A stretch of 64,000 nt of DNA from Pelagomonas calceolata (taxonomy: Eukaryota), in assembly GCA_918797485.1 (NCBI GenBank), contig CAKKNE010000005.1:2666001-2730000 (forward strand). Direction: 5' to 3'. Below, piece after piece: positions 32,445 to 42,845 of this stretch. Both the position numbers and the translations under genes were made by a program. The notes under the pieces were generated by a model. The model saw only the letters and a list, made by a program, of their open reading frames with translations. It ran no database searches and was not told where the DNA came from. Numbering within the stretch: position 1 is the first letter of the stretch; the number at the start of each line of letters is the position of its first letter.

Positions 32445-33488
32445 ATGGCGAAAGACAAAGTACCAGTAACAATCTTGACCGGCTTCCTCGGCTCGGGCAA
32501 GACGACGCTGCTGAACCACATCTTGACCGCCCAACATGGCAAGAAGATTGCGGTGATTGAGAACGAGTTCGGCGAAGTTGGTATTGATGACGCCCTCATA
32601 AAACCGAAGCTCAAGACGGATACTGAAGAAGACGTCATCGAGATGATGAACGGCTGCATCTGCTGCACCGTGCGCCAGGATCTGGTGGAAGTGTTGAAGA
32701 AGCTGGCTAAACGAAGCGAGAAGGGCCTCAAGTTAGATGCCATCGTGATTGAGACCACTGGATTAGCCGATCCGGCGCCCGTCGCGCAGACGTTTTTTGT
32801 GGACGACGACGTCAAGGAGTTCTGCACGCTCGATGGCATCATCACGTTGGTCGACGCGAAGCACGTCGTGCAGCACCTCGACGATGAGAAGCCCGAGGGT
32901 GCCGAGAACGAAGCGGTGGAACAAGTAGCCTTCGCCGATCGGTTGATCCTCAATAAATGTGATTTAGTACCTGAAGAAGCGGAACTCAAGAAGGTCGAAG
33001 ATAGATTAAGGGCCATCAACAAGTTCGCGCCGATTGTTCGTTCTACGCAAGCGAAAGTTTCGGCAGACCAAGTCCTGAACATCAAGGCCTTCGACCTCGA
33101 AAAGACCCTAGAGATGGACCCCGAGTTCCTCAACACCGAGGGCGAGCACGAGCACGACGCGACAGTAACTTCGGTGGGAATTACAGTCGACGGCGAGGTC
33201 GACCTCGGCAAGTTCAACGCCTGGCTCGAGCCCATCGTCACGGAGAAAGGAGTCGATATATATCGAATGAAGGGCGTCATCGCCATCTACGGGGACCCGA
33301 ACAAGTACGTTTATCATGCGGTGCACATGATCTTTAGCGGCGCCTACACGGACCCCTGGGGGGATGAAGAAAGGTGCTGCAAGCTCATGTTCATCGGCAA
33401 GAACCTCGACAAGGAGGAGCTGGAGCGGGGCTTCGAGGCGTGCCGCGTCGAGGGGAGCGCGGCCAAGAAGCAGAAGACGTCGGCGTAG
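32445..33488 (+). CDS. ZNG1: CobW/COG0523 (ZNG1/CBWD) Zn-related GTPase metallochaperone
   Basis: GFLGSGKTT, IENEFGE, GCICC, IETTGLADP, LNKCD, and CobW_C YRMKGV..FIGKNLD. Confidence 0.95.
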   Translation: MAKDKVPVTILTGFLGSGKTTLLNHILTAQHGKKIAVIENEFGEVGIDDALIKPKLKTDTEEDVIEMMNGCICCTVRQDLVEVLKKLAKRSEKGLKLDAIVIETTGLADPAPVAQTFFVDDDVKEFCTLDGIITLVDAKHVVQHLDDEKPEGAENEAVEQVAFADRLILNKCDLVPEEAELKKVEDRLRAINKFAPIVRSTQAKVSADQVLNIKAFDLEKTLEMDPEFLNTEGEHEHDATVTSVGITVDGEVDLGKFNAWLEPIVTEKGVDIYRMKGVIAIYGDPNKYVYHAVHMIFSGAYTDPWGDEERCCKLMFIGKNLDKEELERGFEACRVEGSAAKKQKTSA

Positions 33489-33592
33489 GAGACCCCTTCC
33501 CCGCCCACCCCTATAAGTTTGACCCTGTATTTTCTGGTGCCACGCAGCGGCGGCGTCGTGCGTCCTATTCGTTTCCTGCTGAGAGCTGCACA

Positions 33593-33615
33593 GCTAGTAT
33601 GTCGATCACGCTAGC
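33593..33615 (+). promoter_or_regulatory. Paired-CTAG upstream element (divergent copy)
   Basis: GCTAGTATGTCGATCACGCTAGC, ~70 bp before ATG 33688. Confidence 0.45.
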
Positions 33616-33687
33616 GAATTAGTCTGAATTGCTGCGCTTGTTGTGCTAGGCAAATTGGTCGAATACCAAGCCCTTGGCATCGTATCG

Positions 33688-35268
33688 ATGGAATTTAAGG
33701 GCCTGCGGCGCGCTTCTATGGCGTCGGGCGACGCGACGACATCTGCCGCATCAGATGGTAGCGCAGACTTGGCTGCAGCCGCTGAGGACGAGCTGCAGGG
33801 CAGCTCCGAGTTCCTGCCCGCCGGCGCATGCCACGCTACAGAAGCGGCCAAGGCTGCGGCGCAAACTGTCATCCAAGCGGTATTGGTGTCGGTCCGGAAC
33901 GGCGCGACGCCGGACGCATCGGACGTCGCCGCCGCCGCCGCGGCCGCGGACGCCGCCGCCCTCGCACAACGAAATGCCAACGCGAAACAGTTCGCCGAGC
34001 TCCTGAAAACCGTCAAGGCGAACCGCGACGACGACTTAGAAATTGCGGCCGGCATGGAGTGCGTCCTCAAGTGGCGGGCGGTGGTGGCGCTCACGCCCGA
34101 GGAACGAGCCCTGGCCATGGCGGCGGCGCCGTCTGTCGACGGTGCGAATCCGGCCGAGGCCATCGAGGATTTTGTGAGAAGGAATAGTACGCTGGATTTC
34201 GACGATATCAGGGCCATGCCGCGACCGTTGCGGCGGCACCTGCTCGACGCGCGCGTCAAGGAGCTGGCGACGTACGCTGATGAAGATAAGATCGAGGACA
34301 CGGACCGGAGAATGGTGGAAGCGGCGGCGTTCGCGGTGGAAAAATGCCTGAAACAAACGGAGGGCCAGGTGTGCTACATTTGTCTAGATGATGAAAGTGC
34401 GGAGGGCTTAGTAAGGGGCTGCGCCTGTAGGGGAGACAACGGCTTCGTGCACGTGTCGTGTCTCGCGCGGCAAGCACATTTACATTTCGGGGACAACCTC
34501 GCCAAGGGCATGCAATCAACAGAGAACGACAACGTGTTTGTCAGGTGGAATAACTGCCGGCTGTGCGACCAGTCCTTCTACGGGCCCGTCGGCACGGCGA
34601 TCGCGTGGGCTTGTTTGGCGTCGTACTCGTCGCGCGCGCGCCACGACGGCGTACTTCTCAGTGCGATGGGTCTCTTGGCGCGGTTCCTGGATCTGGACAA
34701 GCGGCACGACGAGGCGCTGGCGATTAGGGAAGGCGCGTGGGAGATCGTCCGGCACTGGGAGGACGAGTCGAGCCGCATCGTGGTCCGCGGCGACTTGGCG
34801 CAGTCCTACGAGGAGGTCGATCGCTTCGCGGACGCGCTCGAGATCTGGCGCGACCTCTACGCGCGGCAGATGCAGCTCCGCGGCGCGTCGCACGAACGGA
34901 CGCTCATGTGCCACACGAAAGTCGCGTGGACGCTGATCGAGGGCCTCGGCGGCTACGAGGAGGCCTCAAAAATCATGCGTGCGACGTTGGCCATCGCTGC
35001 GCGAGTGCTGCCGCGGGAGGGCGGCATCTTCCTCTCGTTCCGAAGCACGCTCGCCTACGGCCTCTACAAGAACCCTGGAGCGTCTCTGTTAGATCTACTG
35101 GAGGCCGAGGCGACGTTCGACGAGCTGTGCGTCGTGTCGCGGCGCGTCTTCGGCGAGGAGCACCCCGTCGTCGTGAAGCGCCAGAACTGCCTGAAGGAGA
35201 CGCGGGAGAAGCTCGCTGTAGCGCGTGGGGCGCCGAGAAGTGCGGTGGCGGCGAGCTACGCCTATTAG
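33688..35268 (+). CDS. RING-CH (RINGv) + TPR protein
   Basis: CYICLDDESAEGLVRGCACRGDNGFVHVSCL, then CRLC and kinesin-light-chain-type TPRs (RRVFGEEHP). Paralog of 52406-53515. Confidence 0.8.
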   Translation: MEFKGLRRASMASGDATTSAASDGSADLAAAAEDELQGSSEFLPAGACHATEAAKAAAQTVIQAVLVSVRNGATPDASDVAAAAAAADAAALAQRNANAKQFAELLKTVKANRDDDLEIAAGMECVLKWRAVVALTPEERALAMAAAPSVDGANPAEAIEDFVRRNSTLDFDDIRAMPRPLRRHLLDARVKELATYADEDKIEDTDRRMVEAAAFAVEKCLKQTEGQVCYICLDDESAEGLVRGCACRGDNGFVHVSCLARQAHLHFGDNLAKGMQSTENDNVFVRWNNCRLCDQSFYGPVGTAIAWACLASYSSRARHDGVLLSAMGLLARFLDLDKRHDEALAIREGAWEIVRHWEDESSRIVVRGDLAQSYEEVDRFADALEIWRDLYARQMQLRGASHERTLMCHTKVAWTLIEGLGGYEEASKIMRATLAIAARVLPREGGIFLSFRSTLAYGLYKNPGASLLDLLEAEATFDELCVVSRRVFGEEHPVVVKRQNCLKETREKLAVARGAPRSAVAASYAY

Positions 35269-35294
35269 CTGTGTTCTGTGTAAGTTTTTTGATT

Positions 35295-35319
35295 GCTAGT
35301 ATCTTTACCGGCCGCTAGC
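35295..35319 (+). promoter_or_regulatory. Paired-CTAG upstream element
   Basis: GCTAGTATCTTTACCGGCCGCTAGC, ~210 bp before ATG 35527. Confidence 0.65.
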
Positions 35320-35526
35320 CAAAAAAAATAAAGTCGATTGATGCGTGTGCGATTGTGGCTGCAAACACCAGCCAGTTGCACCCGGTACTGCAGACGACGT
35401 GCGCAAAGCGATCTCATTGATCGTACGCAGCACTACAGGAAGCGCCTTGCAAGCCCTTGCGCGGATCTCGCCAAGACCAGAGGCACGATCCAAGCAGCTC
35501 TCTGAAAGTGACAAAGCGACACGACC

Positions 35527-37824
35527 ATGGCGAAGGCGATCCAGGCCTACCTCGTCCTCTACAACGCGTCGTGCCTCGTCGGCTGGGCCTACGCCTTGTA
35601 CCAAGGACTCACGGTGCTGAGCGGTGACGTCTGGCCCTCATTAGAAGGCGTCTGGGCCGTCGCCGGCCCCACGGTACTGATCGTGCAGTCGGCGATGACG
35701 CTGGAGATCTTCCACGCCGGTTTAGGATTTGTGCGTTCACCGGTCTTCGTGACGGCGATGCAGGTCACGTCGCGGCTGTGGGTCATGCTCTGCCCCGCTT
35801 TTGGTGATGGCACTTCTTCGTGGACAGGGATGATGGTCATCTCCTGGGCCGCAGTTGAAGTAATAAGGTACTCCTTCTACCTCGCTGCTTTGTTGATGAA
35901 GGTCATCCCGTACCCGATCTTCTACGCGCGGTACTCGGCCTTTGCGATCCTATATCCTACTGGTATTGCTGGAGAATTAGGCACGGCCTACGTCGCCTTG
36001 CAACAACCTTCATTAACAGCCTACCACGCCATCATCCGCTTCATCATGTACTTGTACGTGCCGGGCGGCCCTTTTATGTATATGAACATGGTCGGCAATA
36101 GGAAGAACGCCTTCAAGAAGCGCTTCGCGCCGCCGCCCAAGCCCGAGCGCGGCTGCGCCTTCCCCCAGGACAAGAAGGGCACTAGATCTACGACGGCGCC
36201 GAACCGCGCGGCCATCGCCGCGGCTATTGAGGGATGTGGTCCTAGAGCTGCCAAAGCAGCGAAAGCTTGTGCGACCGAAAAAAGTTATCGCTTCGGTTAC
36301 GCTAGACATGTGAAGGAGCTCGTCAGGCAGGGCGCTTATTCTCCCCAAGCAGCTATAGGATCGGCCCAAAAAGGTCTCGACTACATGTATGCGAACTTCG
36401 AGTTCGTCGATAAAGATGGTGTTTTCACACCGTTTGGTGATGCCATGAACGGTACGTCCACGGTCACTGGTAGAAGCTTGAAGTCGGTCAAGGTCCAAGG
36501 TAACGGTAAATCTTCTTCTTCGTATGAAGTACCTTATGACGGCGGCTGGCACCCGTCGGCGCCGAAGCCGCCTACGTCTTCATTGAAAGGCGCGGCACTC
36601 ACGAAGCAGCTCGACAAGTGGGCCTCGACGGGCATCATCGAGCGCGACGCCGCCGACGCCGTGCAGTGGACGGCCGATTACGTGCAGAAAGAGTCCCTGG
36701 CCGACGCTCATTTTGTGCTCATTGGAGCTGGTTCGGCGATGGGCCCCTGCGCCAAGCTACTCGAGTTGGGGGCCAACGTGGTTGCGATTGACATTCCTGG
36801 CTCCTGGGGCAAAGGGGGCAAGCGCCCGGCGTCTGGTTTGTGGAAGCGGCTGTTCGCGCTGGCCGACAAAGGTGGCGGCTCATTAACGGTCCCCGTCGAC
36901 GCTAGTTCAAGGGCCACAGCCAGAGATAGGGACGCCCTAGCGGAGGTCGCGGGCTGCGACCTCATGATGGAGCCGCGCGAGATTGGTGATTGGTTAAAAG
37001 ACTGGGTGCAAACGTTGCCGAAGAAGGCGCGCGTTTGTATTGGCAATTACACGTACTTGGATGGGGCTCTACACGTGAAGCTCGCGTTATGTGCCGACTA
37101 CCTCATCCAGACGGTGCTCGATGCTTCCTCCCGCTTAGACAAGCCGGCCGCTTGTGCTTTCTTGTGCACCCCTACGGACGCCCACTTAGTTCCGGAAGAA
37201 GTGGCTCAAGCGGCTTCCGACAGCTTCGATTCTAGATTGTTGAAATCTTTCGGATTGGAGAAGCTCTTCAACTTATTAACGATGGGAAGCAAGCTAAGAC
37301 CCAACGTGGAAAAACCCGTCGAGACGGAGAATGGAGAGTGTCACATGGTCGACGGCTTATCCGTAGCCCAGGGCCCGAACTATGCGTTAGCGAAGCGCAT
37401 GCAGCACTGGCGCGCGGTAAGCGCGTATGAAAGCGGACACGTCGCGTCGACGATGGTCGCGCCGTCGACGGCCACGATCTCCGTCATCCACAACAAGACG
37501 TTTGCGTGGGCCTACGGCGGCATGCCTTCGTTCGGCTTCGAGATCTTCAAGCAGGAGACGACGAACGCCGTGATGAGCGCGGTGCTCGTCCACGACGTCA
37601 TGAACGGCAAGGGCCCGAAGAATCCGACGAATCGTCGCAAGTTCGGCGTCGACAACGCCCTGAAGCTGTTCTCTTCCGAAAGCGTGCACGGCGGGCTGTG
37701 GCGGGCGCCGTACACGGTCGACTCGCTGGGCGAGGCGTCCGCTTTGATCTACTTCGCGGGCGTGGCCAAGCCCGCTATTTTAGCTACGGCCTTCACGGCC
37801 GTGGCCGTGCGGTTCCTCTTCTAG
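35527..37824 (+). CDS. 3-hydroxyacyl-CoA dehydratase (PTPLA/HACD/PHS1) fused to a ~560-aa Rossmann-like domain
   Basis: YLVLYN, LEIFHAGLGFVRS, QVTSR, EVIRYSFY, RYSAFAILYPTGIAGE, MVGNRK. C-terminal part has LIGAGSAMGP and AQGPNYALAKR. Confidence 0.85.
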   Translation: MAKAIQAYLVLYNASCLVGWAYALYQGLTVLSGDVWPSLEGVWAVAGPTVLIVQSAMTLEIFHAGLGFVRSPVFVTAMQVTSRLWVMLCPAFGDGTSSWTGMMVISWAAVEVIRYSFYLAALLMKVIPYPIFYARYSAFAILYPTGIAGELGTAYVALQQPSLTAYHAIIRFIMYLYVPGGPFMYMNMVGNRKNAFKKRFAPPPKPERGCAFPQDKKGTRSTTAPNRAAIAAAIEGCGPRAAKAAKACATEKSYRFGYARHVKELVRQGAYSPQAAIGSAQKGLDYMYANFEFVDKDGVFTPFGDAMNGTSTVTGRSLKSVKVQGNGKSSSSYEVPYDGGWHPSAPKPPTSSLKGAALTKQLDKWASTGIIERDAADAVQWTADYVQKESLADAHFVLIGAGSAMGPCAKLLELGANVVAIDIPGSWGKGGKRPASGLWKRLFALADKGGGSLTVPVDASSRATARDRDALAEVAGCDLMMEPREIGDWLKDWVQTLPKKARVCIGNYTYLDGALHVKLALCADYLIQTVLDASSRLDKPAACAFLCTPTDAHLVPEEVAQAASDSFDSRLLKSFGLEKLFNLLTMGSKLRPNVEKPVETENGECHMVDGLSVAQGPNYALAKRMQHWRAVSAYESGHVASTMVAPSTATISVIHNKTFAWAYGGMPSFGFEIFKQETTNAVMSAVLVHDVMNGKGPKNPTNRRKFGVDNALKLFSSESVHGGLWRAPYTVDSLGEASALIYFAGVAKPAILATAFTAVAVRFLF

Positions 37825-38156
37825 ACGCGTAGGTCGCCCGCCGGGGTAAGCCGTTCTCGTCCAGTTATGGTGCATTCGCGTCGACGGCGTGAGGGGGGAG
37901 GACAGTACTCTACTGTTACGGGGCTAGGACTAGTGGGCGGCGTCCCGCGCGAGGTCGAGTTCAAAATTTTCGTGGTGAGCAGGGCGCGAACTGATTTCGT
38001 CCGATTTTCCACGCGTGAGCACCACTCTGCGAGGCCTACTCAGGGCTCCGCGCGAGAGCCGCACAAAAGCTAGTGTCTCTTGCTAGATCCCTTGCTCTCT
38101 CGCAACGCAGCCCCTGCACAACGATCCACGAGGGGCTGCACACCAACAGCAGCATC

Positions 38157-39818
38157 ATGGGAGCCCAAAGGGTCGGCAGTCACACCGTCCAGCTCCCCAC
38201 AGACAACATCAAGCGCCGCCCCTCCCACATCTACATCGCACCTAAGGTGCCGGCCCAGCCCCACGCCCGGCCGACGACGGGTTTGTCCTACGAAATACGC
38301 AAACGTGCCCAACAGACGTGGATCGGACCGACCGGCGCCGTCGCCTTGCATGCGACGGGCGAGACGCGCAACCGCGGCGCTCTCACGTACGGGTTCCACA
38401 AAGCAACTACATTACGAGCGCGCGTCGTCACTCCGAAGGACGGGCCTTCATCAAACCAGCGCCTTCGGATAAGGAACAAGATCGTGCGCAAGTGGTTGTC
38501 TAATGGAGGTCGTTCGGTCGACCGCGTCGACACGGACTTTGTCGACGCGGCATCACTAAGAGAGTGCGACCGGTTTTTCGATGCATTGTGCGATTCTGGA
38601 AGAACCACGGCGTCCTTTGAGTCAATACGGGACTCGCTGGCCCACTGCTGCGGTCTAGAGGTCGACGACGAGAAGCTCGAGCACATCGTGAAAACGATCG
38701 TCCGGCGCGGCGACGACGGCTCGAAGCAGCAGTCGGACTGGCGGGGGCCGCACGACGGCCAACATTCTTTGGACATCTGGGACCCGGAGCCGGCGTTGGA
38801 TCGGGACATGTTCCGCATGTTGTATTTTGATGGAGACAAGGACTTCTTCGCGGCGGCGGGCGACCCTACAATGACAGTGGCATTGTGGGCGCAGGCGCAC
38901 TATAGAAGACGCACGATCGACGCAACCTTGGAAGAGCGGCCGCCGCCTCCACCTTTGGAGCTGCCCGCGACCATGGCGATTGAAGATAGGATCCAGGCGG
39001 AACTCGCGCACGAGCTCGCGGCGATTGAAAAAGGGAAGCCCGTGCCGGCGCTCGCGAACTGGCCATCCGTAGACCGCCCTGAAATCACGTCGCGCCCGCC
39101 GTCGCGCGAGTGTGGCGCCGGGGACGCGTGCGCTCGACGGCCGACGACGCCGACCCAGAACCGGTTGAGGCTGAAACGGAGCATGACGGAGGACGCCGTC
39201 GCCGACGAGCGCCTGTGGCCCGAGGCCGCCGAGGAGGAGGCCGAGGACGCTGAGGCGGGGATGGGCGGCGGGCGACCGACGGGCGGGGGCGGCCGGGCGC
39301 TCGACTGGTGGCGGCGGCCGGGCTTATCCAAGGGCAGCTGGCCGGCGCGGACGCGGCGCCTCGTGGACCGCGCGCGCGACGCGGCGACGCGGCGCCTGCA
39401 GGCCGGCGTGCTGGTCGAGCGCGTCCACACGAAACGCCGCCAGGCGTTGGCTACACAGCGGGGGGCCGTGCCCGCGTGGAAGCCGCCGCGCGGCCGCGGG
39501 CCGCGCGCGCCGCGGACCTCCGGCGACGGCTTCACGGAGACTTATGCGAAGGACCCGTTCCTTCGCGCGCCGCCGCACGGACATTTTTACGCGTCGCAGA
39601 AAGCGCGCGCCGCGGCCCGGCCCGGAACGGCAGGAGTTCTACTGGCGACGGCCTGGGCGACGACGGGTCCCCGCCCCCTCCGGGAGGGAAAGGCCCGGTT
39701 CCGTTCGGAGCGCAAGGAGCCCCCACCGAACATCGACCGGAGCGGCGTCTGGGACAAGCAGAACGACCCGCGCAACTGCAGCATGTCTTTTACGTTTAGG
39801 GACGGGCCGGGTGGGTAA
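38157..39818 (+). CDS. Hypothetical protein
   Basis: First ATG of a 581-codon ORF; no confident domain. Confidence 0.55.
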   Translation: MGAQRVGSHTVQLPTDNIKRRPSHIYIAPKVPAQPHARPTTGLSYEIRKRAQQTWIGPTGAVALHATGETRNRGALTYGFHKATTLRARVVTPKDGPSSNQRLRIRNKIVRKWLSNGGRSVDRVDTDFVDAASLRECDRFFDALCDSGRTTASFESIRDSLAHCCGLEVDDEKLEHIVKTIVRRGDDGSKQQSDWRGPHDGQHSLDIWDPEPALDRDMFRMLYFDGDKDFFAAAGDPTMTVALWAQAHYRRRTIDATLEERPPPPPLELPATMAIEDRIQAELAHELAAIEKGKPVPALANWPSVDRPEITSRPPSRECGAGDACARRPTTPTQNRLRLKRSMTEDAVADERLWPEAAEEEAEDAEAGMGGGRPTGGGGRALDWWRRPGLSKGSWPARTRRLVDRARDAATRRLQAGVLVERVHTKRRQALATQRGAVPAWKPPRGRGPRAPRTSGDGFTETYAKDPFLRAPPHGHFYASQKARAAARPGTAGVLLATAWATTGPRPLREGKARFRSERKEPPPNIDRSGVWDKQNDPRNCSMSFTFRDGPGG

Positions 39819-39827
39819 AATCTATCC

Positions 39828-40754
39828 CTACTTAAACTTCACGACGGGGGATCCGATGAACTCCGCCTCCGCGGCCTCCACTTCCCTATTGGTCGTCTCG
39901 AAGCTGCTGCGCTCGGGCGAGGCGGCCTCCGAGACGCTCCGCTCGGGGGAGGCCGGCAGCTCCCGCCGCATGGTGTCGAGGAACGGGTCGAAATGGAACG
40001 GTCTTGCTTTCCTCCCCGGCGACTCGACCTGCCTCCCAAGATACGCCGGCGACGCGCCGACCCAGGACGTCGCGTCCTGGGCGCCCTCCCAGCGCGCGCA
40101 GTACAGCCACCGCGTGTCGGTCGCGAGGCGTCCGAGCGTGATCGAGCGGTGATTGTTCCGCAGGCCCGCCAATGTGGAAGGGAGGCTCTTCCACGGCGCG
40201 ATCTTGCAGCACGGCACCACCGCAAAAGGCAGCCGCCGCCTTCTGGCGAACTCGACGACGTCCTTCGTCGCGCCGCAGGGCCGATATCCCAAAACGCACC
40301 GCGCCCTACCAATGACGGTGTTCAGATCTCGACCCTGTATTGTCGTCGTCGTCGTCGCCTGGAGCCACGCGTCGCCGTCGTGCGCGTGCTGCGGCAGGCG
40401 GAATCTTGCCACGGCGACGTCGAAGGCAGCATCGTCGTCGCCCGTCGCCGTCAGGCCGAGTGGGTCGACAACAATTAATCCCTTCACGCCGCGCTTCGCG
40501 AGTTCGCGCGAGAGCGCGCCGTCGCCGCCCGCGACGTCGAGCACGGTGCTATTGACGTCGTAGTTGTTCAGCAGCACCTGGCGGAACGTGACGTTCGCGA
40601 GCAGCGCGTCGACGAAGAGCTCGACGTCCTCCGCGTAGCCGCGACCGACGTCGTGTATCGTGTGCGGCGCAAATTGTTTGACTCTGCTGCGGGGGTGTTG
40701 GCCGACCTTGGAGGGAGAGCCGGCGCCTCGTGTGGCGCTGCTCGACTCCTGCAT
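39828..40754 (-). CDS. SAM-dependent methyltransferase-like protein
   Basis: VLDVAGGDGALS, VVDP, LGYRPCGAT and PFAVVPCC motifs. Confidence 0.7.
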   Translation of the reverse strand: MQESSSATRGAGSPSKVGQHPRSRVKQFAPHTIHDVGRGYAEDVELFVDALLANVTFRQVLLNNYDVNSTVLDVAGGDGALSRELAKRGVKGLIVVDPLGLTATGDDDAAFDVAVARFRLPQHAHDGDAWLQATTTTTIQGRDLNTVIGRARCVLGYRPCGATKDVVEFARRRRLPFAVVPCCKIAPWKSLPSTLAGLRNNHRSITLGRLATDTRWLYCARWEGAQDATSWVGASPAYLGRQVESPGRKARPFHFDPFLDTMRRELPASPERSVSEAASPERSSFETTNREVEAAEAEFIGSPVVKFK

Positions 40755-41092
40755 CGTTCTCACAGCCTTTTTTATGCACAACTACGACTTTATACCATCA
40801 GCGGCAGCCTAGGTCCCGCGTGACGCCTGCCCAAAAGTTAGCGCCTGAGAGCCAATCTGCGCTAGCACCTATACGACGCTAGCAGCAACGGGCCTAAAGC
40901 CAAAAACCGATGTCGGCTCAGGCCCGCACAGATGTACAAAACTGGCCTGGTGCGATCAATTGGGATGCAATGAAGCGCTGGAGACGGCCCGCGCATAAAT
41001 AGTAGCTCGCACGCGACGCCAGAGACGCCAGAGCCTGAGACAGTCTCTCTGCTGATTTGCGGCGCGGCGGCTAGCGATCGTCAGTAGAAGAA

Positions 41093-41896
41093 ATGGCCGC
41101 CTGCCCAGCATGTACCTTTATCAACGCCGACGACGCGACCGCGTGCGAGATGTGCGGCGCGCAGCTCGGAACGCGCAACGCACCGCCCACCGACGCCGCC
41201 GTCAAGGCCTGCGCCCACTGCACGCTCGAGAACGCGGCCGACGCGAGCGCCTGCGTCGCGTGCGGCGCGTGGTGGTGCCCGCGGTGCACGCGCTGCGTGC
41301 CCGCGGCCGTCGCGTGCTGCGACGTTTGTAACTACCCGGACGATGAGGCGGCACCAGTGGCGGACGCGGCACCACCGGCGCCGATCACGCCGGACGACGT
41401 CGCGAACAAGGACTACCGGCCGCGCCGCGTCGAGCGCGCGCTCGCGGCCATGCCCCTGGACGCCCTGGAGCGCATCGTCGACGAGCCGGCGCGCTTCGTG
41501 GCGCGGGCCTGCGGCGAGCAGCCGCCGGCGGCGCGGCCCGTCGGGCGCGTCGCCGACCCCGAGCCCGGCGAGCCGGCGGCGGGGCGCGTCGCCGACGAAG
41601 ACGCGTCCGAGGACGGCGCCGGCTCCGAGTCTGACGCGGATCTCGCGGCGGCGGAGAAGCTGCTGGGGGACGCGTCGTCGTGTCCAGTGTGCGGCGCGAC
41701 GGCCACGACGCGCGAGCTCCTCGTGGCGCACTGCGTCGCAAGGCACGTCTGGGACGCGGGCGAGGTGCGGCGGCGGCGCGCCGCGAGGCCTCCGAAGAAG
41801 AAGCGCCGCCGCGCTGCCGCCGCTGCGGACGACCTTGACGATTTTATTGTGGCTGACGACGAGGAGGTCGAGGAGTACGACTCCTCAGGGAGCTGA
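41093..41896 (+). CDS. RanBP2/NZF zinc-finger protein with additional C2H2-like finger
   Basis: CPACTFINADDATACEMC, CAHCTLENAADASACVAC, WCPRC..CDVC, CPVC..H..H. Confidence 0.8.
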   Translation: MAACPACTFINADDATACEMCGAQLGTRNAPPTDAAVKACAHCTLENAADASACVACGAWWCPRCTRCVPAAVACCDVCNYPDDEAAPVADAAPPAPITPDDVANKDYRPRRVERALAAMPLDALERIVDEPARFVARACGEQPPAARPVGRVADPEPGEPAAGRVADEDASEDGAGSESDADLAAAEKLLGDASSCPVCGATATTRELLVAHCVARHVWDAGEVRRRRAARPPKKKRRRAAAAADDLDDFIVADDEEVEEYDSSGS

Positions 41897-41923
41897 TGTG
41901 TAAATGTGACAACACTGGCATAC

Positions 41924-42325
41924 TTACAATCCCACAAGAGTCCTTGCCTCCTCGCCGAGTTTCTTCCGCGCCCGGTCCCGCCGCTCGTTCAGCTCCGCGA
42001 CCTCGACCTTCGCGGAGCACAGCTCCGCAACCAATCGATCGTGCGTCGCCGCGCCCGTCGACCGCGCCGCCGCGAGCGCGTCGCGCACGCTGTCGCGCTT
42101 TGCGCGCTTCGTCTCGAGCTCCTTCTTGAGCTCGTCGACCTTGAGCAGGTTCGTGCGCACGATGTCGGACCAGGCGTTCTTCAGCGTCTTGTGCTGTTCT
42201 TCCAGCGCCTTGATCTGCTGGCGGTAGCCCTCCTCGCGGCGCGCCCAGGCGGCGTCATCCAAGTAGCGCTGGTCGTCGTCGTCCTCGAGCGAGGTGGTCG
42301 AGGTGCGCGTGGCGTCGTCGGCCAT
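41924..42325 (-). CDS. Small coiled-coil hypothetical protein
   Basis: 133-aa ORF with heptad-rich composition and GC3 bias. Confidence 0.6.
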   Translation of the reverse strand: MADDATRTSTTSLEDDDDQRYLDDAAWARREEGYRQQIKALEEQHKTLKNAWSDIVRTNLLKVDELKKELETKRAKRDSVRDALAAARSTGAATHDRLVAELCSAKVEVAELNERRDRARKKLGEEARTLVGL

Positions 42326-42845
42326 CGGTTTTTTTTTCGCGGCGGCGGCGTACCGCTGCAGTCAGGGAGAGCGTGCTGTTTAGAGAGCAGTTTTCGAGCG
42401 TCCGCAGCGAAACCGATCGTAACTCGCGAACCACAGTCGAAAAATATAGCAGTGGTATTCAGGAATCTACACAGGAGCGCCACCCCGGCCCAATCCAGCC
42501 TGCTTTTTGCCCCAGCCCCAAGCCCAGGCGCCCATAGGCCTAGTACCTTACCTAGTGCGCGGGAGTCCCAGAACGTGCCACGACGTAGTATCGTGAGCCA
42601 GAGAGCATGCCCTGACCCGCAGACACGGCCCCAGCCCCCCAAGCTCCTCGACCCCCCTCTGTCCAATTTTTTTGTCGAGGGCTGCACGCCGCACATAGCA
42701 CAAGGGAATCTTGATCGCGGAAGCCTCGACGAACGCGAAGAAGAAAGGACTGCGTCGGCTCCCGACGAAGTCGTTGAGAAGGGCAGCCTGCCACAAAAAA
42801 GTGACAAGGGCAGCCTGCCATTGCCAGCAGCCTATAGCTGAAGCC

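Noticed and set aside
32393..33286. 297-aa minus strand ORF
   Set aside because: Antisense shadow of CobW.
37830..38020. Possible full introner in the HACD 3' region
   Set aside because: Only a degenerate core motif and weak TIR-like text; no TSD or boundaries could be fixed.
42779..42820. 15-bp direct repeat AAGGGCAGCCTGCCA, and GGCAGCC seen in several upstream regions
   Set aside because: Too short and too common in GC-rich DNA to support by eye.
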